From the NCBI GenBank assembly GCA_043228905.1, contig JBHGNT010000015.1, positions 19,964,001 through 20,028,000 on the forward strand: a stretch of DNA of 64,000 nt, given 5' to 3'. This DNA is from Azolla caroliniana. Lineage: Eukaryota > Plantae > Polypodiophyta. The position numbers were made by a program, and so were the translations under genes. The notes beneath the pieces are model-generated. The model worked only from the letters and a program-made list of their open reading frames with translations. It had not been told where the DNA came from and made no database searches. This document shows, one piece after another, positions 48,450-64,000 of this stretch (the first letter of the stretch is position 1; the number at the start of each line of letters is the position of its first letter).

Positions 48450-51400
48450 CTAGAATTCATCCTGTAACACCATGACATGATACTCTCGACTTTCTTTAAG
48501 TTATTTTCAGAAATTCAACACATAAATCCCTATTAACACACATTTACATAACCCAGTCCCTCAATGCAGTTGATAAACTGAATCATATATAATTTATTTT
48601 CCAGACACTAGTTTTTGGGAAAGGTGTAACCCCAGCCCCTATATGATTGATGAATTGCAAGTCTAAAATCTCTATCAAACAAGTAAACTGATAAACTAGA
48701 AGCATCACGAAATTCTTGAAGCTGGATCTAAGTTCACATACAAATTTTCTGGTTCTGTTTTACCTTATGAACAATTTCTATCAAACAAGTAAACTGATAT
48801 ACTAGAAGCAAATGAAATTCTTGAAGCTGTGTCTAGGTTCACATATAAAATTTCTGGTTCTGTTTTACCTTATGAACAATTTTCTGGACTTTTCCAAAGC
48901 TGTGAGGATGTCTACAATGGCCTCCTAATACTAATCGAATAAAATAGATTAAAAGGAAGAAAACCATCTAAATTTGGTCAACTTACATGATAGTCATGGT
49001 CGCGAATCTGCAGAATTTCAATGTGAAACAAGTATTAGATTAGGAACACAGTATTATGTATCAAGGATGGAAAGAGTTATTTTAGTTATACTCGAGGGTT
49101 GGGCCGATGCTTTCTCCTTGCATAGTCATTATCTCTCCTATATTTTGGAGGTCGATCTTCTTTCTTCTTTTCCTGCAAAAGCCCAATTATTTTGAACAAA
49201 GCAGAACAAGTACACCATGGTTCACACTTAATTTGAGAAATCAGACAAGAACTTGGATACAAACAAGGCATTATGTTTGAAAGCACAATGCAAAAGCATA
49301 ACAGGTATGCAGAAGCATACCGAAACATAACAGCATTCATATCATGCTAACTCAACTTTTGAAAAGTTCAGCGATAGATTTGATGAAGTATCAATAAGAA
49401 TCTACTTATGTTTCAACAGTAAATCGTACTCAAAACATTCTTATGAGTTACACAGTTAAGATTATGACCCAGTTTACAAAAATATGCAAAATATCCCACA
49501 TTTTGTAATATGCATATTATAAAATTTAGCACATTTCGTTTCAGCAGGGCTAAGGGCTAAATAAAACATGAAATATGCGAAGCACTTAACTTCTAAGGTG
49601 AAATGTAAGTGCAATGCCCGAATCTTGGGTTTCATCTCATTAATCCCCGATCTCAGATATTGTGCCATAAAATGATTATCTCTTGGATAAAAATTAAGCT
49701 AAATTTCAATTTGCATGTTCTGGTCAACAACCTAACATCTACAATGAAGAGAGATGTCGATAAATGGTTCGTGCATGAAATATTTGCAGTTAAGATATGA
49801 AAGAAGTTGAAAAATGCGAGCATTTTCATATGCATGTGATTTCTCCTAAAACATTCTGCAAGTGCACAAAAAAATATAGATGTGTAATAAAGAAGATGTT
49901 TTAATTACAAAGCCTAGAGTCGAGATCATGCCTCTGCCTCTTGTGCTTGAATAATCTTTTGTGCCTCTGCAAATGCATCCTTTTCTGCCTGTGGGATTAC
50001 AAATGAGAGTAAACAATACAGTCGTGGGAACTCAAATGAACGTGAGGGTATGTAAAACTTTTTATGACACCATGTACCTCTTTATTCTGACCCCATGTTT
50101 CTTGCGCAACCTTCCTTGCATATTCTGGGTCATCACAAACTAAGATGTTATCAAATACTGAACCTGCTTTCACCTGATCAAAAAGTACAAAGAAAAAATC
50201 AAAAGATTCAAATTTTGTATGATATACCATATCCTAGGTATGCAAACACTATGGAAGAGAACAGAATCTCCAACCTGCCAAACCTCAATCCCAAAATATT
50301 TCAAAGACTGAAACACATATAGATCTGGGTCATCCACAAAATCTGTTCAAAATAACAAGGGTTAGTATAATACAAGTAACATATAAATGTTAAAATATGC
50401 GAAGTAGAAATATGTAAGATGACAAATACCAACTACAAACTACTACTTTTTCTATTCAATGTGATGAACCCTTTTGTTTCAAGTAGGAATCATGTGCTCT
50501 TTGGAAAGGGTAAGGAGTCTGAAAAGACAAGGAATCAAGAGAAATCTCTGATACACTCATAAAATCACAGAAACTGTCGCAACACAAAAGAGACAGCAGT
50601 AGTCTGGAAAAGGAAGAGCTATAGAAATGACGCTTGGGCTGAGAATGAAGCAATGTAAGAGAGAAATAAAATAATCCACGTTCTTGAGAATATCAAACAT
50701 CCTTTCAACACTGGCCAAGTGTAAATGTGTAAATGCATATGAGACCCATAAGTCTGCTATCGTAACTACAAATCTATTTCATCCAACTTTATCAGCAAGA
50801 ACAAATTGCACAATTTACCAGAACATTAGATGATTACAATTTCTGGGATGGATCACATTGATAGGCTTTACCACACAGACTACTTGATTGAAGTTTGGTT
50901 TTTGTCATTTAGAGTTGTTGGAAGGACATGCCATATCCTACAGTATCATTAATCCATTCCATGATTATGGCTGTTAAGTACATAATCTAAAGTGAATTCA
51001 TGGATACATGGACATGGCAGGATTTGCAAATCATACCATCCTTCATTTCTGAGGGAGAACAGTAATGTCTCCTCCCCTTGTAGACACAACTCCTACATAT
51101 CTTATTCTTTATTTCAGCTCTGGGATTCAACGAATATATGGGACTCAGGCTCTAGAATTGATTCCAAATTTAGATGCAGACTCAGCCTTCAAATTTTACC
51201 CAGGAAACATCCTTTCAATTCTGCAAGAGAAGCATATTTACTGAACTAGATTCATTCCCAGAAGCATCTTCTAAGTCCAACAACATGAGAAAACACATTA
51301 TAAGTGTATCAGATTATGCCACATAATGAAGCCTTATGTTCATTGAATGATAGACTCTAGACAACCTGGATTATCAATCCACGGAGTCCTCCACTTCCCT

Positions 51401-54400
51401 TTGTAATTTGGGTTTTTAACTCTCTGTATATCAATCATTATTTCACCAGAATCAGATGATAAAGTGGAAGAAAAAAGCTGATTCAGAGTTGTAGAAATAT
51501 AACATAAATCATTATGTTACTTTTCCCTTCCATGGACCCTTATACTCAGGGTTTCGAATTTTGGAAGCTTTCCATTCTCCGTCAATCTCATCATCCCAGT
51601 CATCAGGCTGCAAAAAAAGACAAATGAAACTCCTGAGAATTGCTAGTCAATAACATAAATAAATAAACCTAAGAATAAGGTAAACCTTCTTTGCTTTCGG
51701 ATCTGGTATTTCTCGCGGGATCAAATCATAACCCTGTGGCAAAAAAATGCAACCCACACATCACGAAACAATCAATTCTCATAAGTGTTTAGCCTAACAA
51801 TATAGCAATCAAACATCCTTATAATCAAGCATTCACTATTGGTATTTCTTGTTATTTTTCCAAACCCTCGAGGGTCAAGATGGTTCTAAGAAAATAAAAT
51901 ATGGTGATCATAATGACGTTTTAACATCATTATGAGACTAAGGGGACATATCACATATGTACAAATCCCCGTCTTTGAGCTGCATAAATCTCAAAGTTGT
52001 AAGCCCCTGTTATGAGAAGTCAAGACATAAGCTGGATCCCAACTTGGATGTCATATGACGTCTAATCATACATCTACCGAGGTGTGTTAGGAAATGGAAA
52101 CGTGTACGATCAGAAATGCAGAAAATATGATCATGTATGATGAAGAAATGGCAGTAAATTTGGAAAGAGGGGATAATGGAAATGTCTATGATCGTCAAAA
52201 GACTGAAATGCAGAAACCGTAATCATATATGATGAAGAAACAGCATAAACTTGGAAAGAGGAGATAAGTGGATGAAATGCTCTCCTTATTTAATGATTTA
52301 TTGTTCATGGTTGTGCTTTGGACTTATTTTGGCAGCCCATCAATCCTAAACTCCCCCTCCACCCAACTCTGGAGCACGGAAACTGCTTACATTTCTGCCC
52401 ATGGAACACCAGATTCTTCCCTATCATACAATTCTAATTGAAACATCCTAATCCTCAGACTTCTCTCTAAGGGAGCCCGTCAAAGTCGGACTGCCCCAAA
52501 ATCCTAAAAGCACGAAATATGCTGCTTTATAATATACTTTCTGCAGTGAACATGGTTACTTTTCACAGATCCAGAAGGCATTCCAGATCCTAGAGAGATG
52601 ATGTAATTGTCTACATCCTCTACCTGGTCAAAATCAGAGCACTCCCACTATTTTCTGTCATAAGAAAAAGACAATACTTCAGTTGGTAATATTCTCCCAA
52701 TAGCAGGGGCAGTTACAACCCCACCTTCCAATGGTTTTGGTCCAGTTGAGACACATACATAGCATCATGTAAACAACTTGAATGCAACCAGCTACCCACC
52801 TCACACCAATGAACGAAAATTATACACATTTGGATCTTCCGATCCCTCCCTGTCCTCAACTTCAGGTTTATTCCCACCATTCCATCAGAATGACCACCAT
52901 CTCGAAGTCTGACTAATTTTAGAGCAACAATCCTGAAATTTGAGATTTATCTCTCCTTCACCTCTTGCAAAAAACCCCAATGATCTCATGTCAAGATCTT
53001 ATTATTGACAAAGGGAATCATTACAACTCACATCATTCTTCATCCCTGAGATAAAAGTTCTCATCAGCTAAAGAATTTGGGTATTCAATTTGTCAAGAAC
53101 CTACAAAATTGTCCAGGTTGAGCTCTTAGTAGTTGCTTAAGCCTGTACAATAACTTCCGAAGCCAATGAACCTCTTCTGCACGGAGCACCTCATTATTCA
53201 GTGGCTGTTCCAAAAACCTCCTCCATGGGGTGTTCATTCAGTAATGAGAACTTGACAGTCACATGATCCACTGCCATATACACACGTGCATAATTTCAAG
53301 GCGTGTGGATTGAAGGAACACCACTTAGTAGTCCATCTCCTTCCATTGTGTTTAGACTTGCGCCACTTGCTAAGACTTCCATTTTGTAAGGCTACTTTTT
53401 AGGAGAGCAAATCTGGACTCTTCACTTGAAAAGATTCTAGGTCATTTATTTTTTTGGAATCACCCAATCTGTGATTAGGGCATCGTTGGCAAAGTAAATT
53501 AAAATTTTGGGCTGCAATGCCATGAGTAGATGACTGGAGTCTTGTTAGTTTGATATTTTACAGAGAATTAATTATCATCTCTTCAATAAGTAGATACATG
53601 CCTTATTTATAGACAATCCTATGAAATGATATCAGTTGTTGTATTGGTTTTAATGATCCTACAGCCTGTTAAGCTTACTTTGTTGGATTCTTCTTCATTG
53701 TGTCACGAACAAGGTTTAGATTGACAGACTACTATGGTAGGGCATCTCAAATTTTGTTGTTTCACAATAGTGGACATCAAAGACGGTTAGAACCTGAAGG
53801 TCAAAGGTCAAAGATACTTGAAAACTTTTGGTTCATTGTGGATAGATATATCCAGATTATTATATAAGATCATGTTTCAAGAACATAGACTCCTCTTCGA
53901 TGTTTCATAGACCTCTGGATTATCAAGAAATTTCTTGATCTTTCTCGAATGTTGTAGATGTTCCAAAAATTTCTAGGCTTTAAAATAATCAGAATTTGGA
54001 AGATTTCCTAGAATCTCCTTTAACATTTGGAGCATATAATCTAGCAAAAATTAAAGAAGCACATCAATCAATCCCTTGTGATCATGAATCACACCAAGGG
54101 CAACAAGCAACCTAATTGTAAAGATTTACACACAACATTAGCGATCGATATGAGCAAAAGTGGTAATACCTCTGGCTTCCCTGCATTAGGATCAAAAATG
54201 TATTCCTTTTCATCATCCCAGTCATCTGGCTGCATATATCAACAAGATTTTCAGGAACTCTGAAATAAGCTTACAAATGCAAAATAAAGAACAAGACTTC
54301 TATCAAAAGATGTTGTGTTACCTTTTTGGCATTAATATCCTTGATCTTACGAGGAGGCAACATATCCCAATCTGTGTACAGACTGCCCGTTTCACGTTCT

Positions 54401-56028
54401 TTATTATCAACTAAGACACTATAAGTGGCATCAGGTTTGATGATCAATGTGTATACATGTGTGAGCTGGTCGGTTTCACATTTCAGATCTTTCTTCATAG
54501 GATATGTCTGGCCATTGTAGGCTAGAATTACATGCAACTTTTTTATATCTGTACCGCATAAATCAGGCCCAAACATGATGCTACACCCACAATTATAACC
54601 ACAGTATCAATGTTGATCCATTTCAAGTAAGGACGCAAACTCCAAGATACTCCCAAGTTTTTCTTTATTTCTCTAAATGCTCTCAAGTTTCATTATTTCC
54701 CGAAATGACCCTGGTTAACCCACGAATGAGATAAAAAGGATAATCACAAGGTTGCTCAAATAATACATGTGTTTCCTAGGGAACACATTTAAAGAAATAA
54801 CAGAAACTTATGAGCACTTGGAGAAATAAAGAAGGATAAGGGGTATTTCAGGGTTTTCTCTTCAAAATAATGCTATAAGGATTAGGTACTATAATCCTCT
54901 ACCTATACGGTGTATCACGGCTGAATCTATTCTGATTCACATATCCGCTCATGAGCTTCACGTATGCACCCCCACATTCAATCTTTCTCTGTTCATTTTT
55001 CACAGTATATTGAAGCACCAAGGTCCTGTTCTTGTTACTAAATGGAGGAAATTTGGCTGAAATTGCAAAGAAACGGGCATCTGGATAGGTTTGAATGCCT
55101 GCAAGTAGGACAGTCGAATTAAAACATTTCCATGAGTTGCTTTACTGAGATAGAGAATGAGCGCTTAAACATGAAGATGGCAGAATATTCAATTTCAGTC
55201 TGAAGAATTCCACGCAAAAGATACTAACATGATAACTACACTCAACCAACATGGCATTGCAGAACATCGAATACTGTTTCAGAGAATGCCCTAAAAAATA
55301 TATTGCTGAATATTCTTCTCCCATCTGAGGATGGAAGGAGGAGTGGTAAAGAAAACCAAATGGATTGAAAGATCCATGTTTGGTTACGGACCACATTTAT
55401 CTTCAAGACTAACAACTGACATTTGTGTCTACATAAGGAGGCAAGTTTTAAATATTCGCTTCAATGAAAAGTATACATTTCAAAATCAAAGAATGTGTAT
55501 TTAAAAATACACTTACATACATTGCATTACATAGATTGCACACGTACCTTTATCATCCGGATCAGCAAACCAAGTTCCAGCAGAATGTTTCCAATTTCCA
55601 GCGAGTCCTTCAGCAGATTTATAGGTAGATTTGACCCATCTATTCTCCCACTCATCTGCAAAACTCGTAATTGGTCAGCATAAAAGGCAGCAACAGACAG
55701 AAAGAGAGAGATGAAATTATATATATACATATACATATACAGAGAATGAGAATGAGAAGAGAATATATCTATCCTCTTTATATATATATATATATATACA
55801 AAAATGGATTATTTCGTTATAGAAAATCTAGCTATACCAGGTTTGAAAAGTAAAACATATATATATATATATATGGAGAGAGAGAGAGAGAGGGAAGTAT
55901 CTACCATCATCGAATCGTTCTTCAAAGAAGACTTCCGCTGAAGCTTGCAACAATGGCGAGAAATGAGGAAGAAGAAGAAGGAAGAAGAAGAGGAAGAAGG
56001 AAGACATGAGAACCATCATTCCTTTCAT
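48450..56028 (-). CDS. CRT3: Calreticulin-3-type ER lectin chaperone, 14 exons
   Basis: Approximate exons: 56028-55905, 55655-55548, 55099-54903, 54581-54321, 54228-54170, 51733-51687, 51607-51521, 51423-51366, 50342-50275, 50173-50078, 49988-49932, 49172-49092, 49007-48987, 48461-48450. Motifs [73 protein letters not shown]. The basic C-tail is typical of CRT3. Confidence 0.92.
48671..48883. repeat. Tandem ~106-bp duplication in the last CRT3 intron
   Basis: TCTATCAAACAAGTAAACTGATA...GTTCTGTTTTACCTTATGAACAATTT at 48671 and 48777. Confidence 0.9.
54633..54860. mobile_element. Fold-back MITE-like element in CRT3 intron 3
   Basis: TCTTTATTTCTCTAAATGCTCTCAAGTTTC (~54662) is an imperfect inverted repeat of GAAACTTATGAGCACTTGGAGAAATAAAGA (~54803). 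Confidence 0.55.
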
Positions 56029-56383
56029 CTAAAACCCTTGGCCTTCTGTTCTGATTGCTGGTGCTGGAGCTGTGGAGAAGGATTCTTGTTTCTGAGTAAT
56101 GAAGATTCCCTTTGGAAGCTCCTTTCTCTGAGTAAGTCAGTCAATATGACTACATATAGTCTGTGTATGTATGTGTGAGTGAGAAGGACCTTTTCTTTCC
56201 TTTTTGTGAAGGTTTTTGCTGTTCCTTTCTACAAGACAAGGGTCTCCCCCCTCACAAAGAAAAATGAAGGACTCTTCTTTATTATTTATTTATGTATTTA
56301 TTTTCATTTTTAACTCTTATTTATTTATGGTGAATATGGTTTTTTAACTTCTATATTTTTATTTTGTTTTTATTTTTAATTTT

Positions 56384-56384
<1 letters not shown>

Positions 56385-56434
<50 letters not shown>
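56385..56434. repeat. (CT)n microsatellite upstream of CRT3
   Basis: Direct reading. Confidence 0.9.
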
Positions 56435-56438
<4 letters not shown>

Positions 56439-58013
56439 AATAATGGCTTTCATTACGAAAGAAAAAAACACCACCATGACTAACTTACTACAAAGTAAAG
56501 AACCCCTTCTATCTATGGGATCTAAAGACTACTACAACTCCAAACTCAATGCCACCCTACACAGCAATTCAAATGGCGAGTATGATGATATGTGACCTTG
56601 CAAAGTTCTCTCTCTTCCTGGTTGAGATTTCGTGACTTCTCTAGCACTGTCAATTGCCACAGAATAAATTCTTTTAACTTTAGAACGTATTTTCTCACCC
56701 CAACTTGCAAATCAAAAGTGATGGCATTCTGCATATTCCAATTGAACCATAGTCCCCAATACCTCAGAGAACTCAAAAATAATTTGAAAACGAGGCATTG
56801 GTTCATTGTTCTCCATATGTGCAAAACCCCAACTGAAGGAAGATAGGCTTACTCCCGTTAGAGACATCCATAGTAAATTGATAAACCTCCAAATCATCTT
56901 TGCCATCAAGCATGAAATAAATCAATGCCTACTATGTTCCAATTCCACCGAACAAAAGAAACACGATCCTTGAGTATTGTTTCTTTTTTTTAATGCATCC
57001 CCCAATGGTAAACCTCCAACCATAACTCTCCCTCCCTCCCACCCTCTCTCCCCCATCATCATAAGCAGAAATATATGTCTCCAATTGGGAAAACTCACTC
57101 ACCCCAATACGGCCTCGCAGGCATTGTCTCCTCTCGGCCACGCTATACATACTTATAGAGACACACACAAATGCATCAAGAGAAGGGAGACCCACCTTCA
57201 AGGGTTTCACCTTCTTGTACATGCGAGCACCTTCGTGTGCCAACGTTTGGTCGTGTAATGAATGACCTTGAGTGTTGTTACACTTGACCACATACACATT
57301 TTCTGCCGAGATACATGTTGGGATAAACCACAATTGTCTTTCTTGACTTTCTGTTCCCTACTCTTGTTATCGATCCTCTTTGTTGTGGATTACTCATTAG
57401 TTGTGCTTTGAGTCCGCCACTTAGCCGAAAGCTATGGAAGCACTTTGTGGCATATTAAAACTCAATCCAGAATAACATCGTGACACCATCACTTCTCCAT
57501 AATTGGGGTTGGGGCTACACCTATTGCATTTTATATATCTCCAATAACTACTACTATTAGAAACACCGAGATGCCAAATAAGTCTATACCTTGAAATTTG
57601 TTCATTTTCACTCATAAATCTCCCATTGATTCTAACCAATAGTGGTGACAATGACATTTGTAAAACTCAAAAAAATGAAAAACCTACCATATTTATGAAT
57701 ATATTTGCTAATGGGTTTGCTCTCTATGTTTGCCGGTCTTACAACATCTTAGAGGGTTTACCTTGCCATAAGATCCTCATTGTTGTGGGGCTAGGGAAAC
57801 AACAAGACTTTTTTATTCACGTGGTGTTTTAATATGTGCGCTACTTTACAGGAAAAAAGGTGAGTATTTTGAAACAATTAGAAGTATCATAAACCACAAG
57901 AAGTACTAGGTATTATCTTGCTGTCAGTACATCTGAAATTTGTGTGAAACACAAAACCAAGCTAACAGTTATGGCACTAGGATTATAGTAATAAGATTGT
58001 TGTAATCTTATAA

Positions 58014-63565
<5,552 letters not shown>

Positions 63566-64000
63566 CTGACAAAAGTGCAACTTTCTCATGAGCAGTGAAA
63601 GAAAGAGGTTTATTACTCACAGATTTATGCAAAGAAAACGCTTGAGGAAATGTATACATTAGGAAATAGAAGAAATTAAGGATATCTCAATGGAATAAAA
63701 TTATGAATTTCTTTGCATAAATCTATGACCAACGAAAGAGAGAAATTTTAACCAGAAAATTTAGGAAAGAGAAGAAATGAAAGACGCAGGATATATATAC
63801 AGTGCAGACTTAGGTCATGATGTTAGGCTAATAAATCATGAATTCGCTGATAGTACAAGCAGATGAGCTTATGTCTATGTGTATTATGGTGGAAGTAAAA
63901 CAGAAGAAGAAGAATTGTGGAAAATTAAAGAGAAGCTTAGAGCTATATGCAATGTCATGGGAATAGAAATCTATCGCAGATTAAAGAGAAAACTTAAATC

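Overview
Land-plant nuclear DNA: GT-AG introns, PLS-class PPR genes and a U2 snRNA with a plant USE/TATA promoter. The compact spacing and the PPR style suggest a seed-free plant such as a fern, but that is inference. Genes in order: three intronless PLS-class PPR genes (the first runs off the left edge); a decayed, 3'-truncated Ty1/copia element; a 12-exon plastid ATP-phosphoribosyltransferase (HISN1, minus); RNA polymerase III subunit C11/RPC10; an intronless CrRLK1L malectin-like receptor kinase; a U2 snRNA gene; an SBT1-type subtilase; a 14-exon calreticulin-3 (minus); and an NDR/STK38-type AGC kinase (minus, 5' end outside the window). Introns and intergenic DNA hold a solo LTR, a hAT-like MITE, several related fold-back MITE-like elements, microsatellites and decayed TE remnants. 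I found no convincing wholly new biological system. The best second-look items are dense ACGT/G-box clusters (one inside a coding exon), the CRT3 GC-AG intron and HDEF terminus built from microexons, a U2 with a variant Sm site, an SP-repeat insert in the CrRLK1L ectodomain, and the intronic fold-back family. All exon models were derived by hand and are not confirmed by transcripts.
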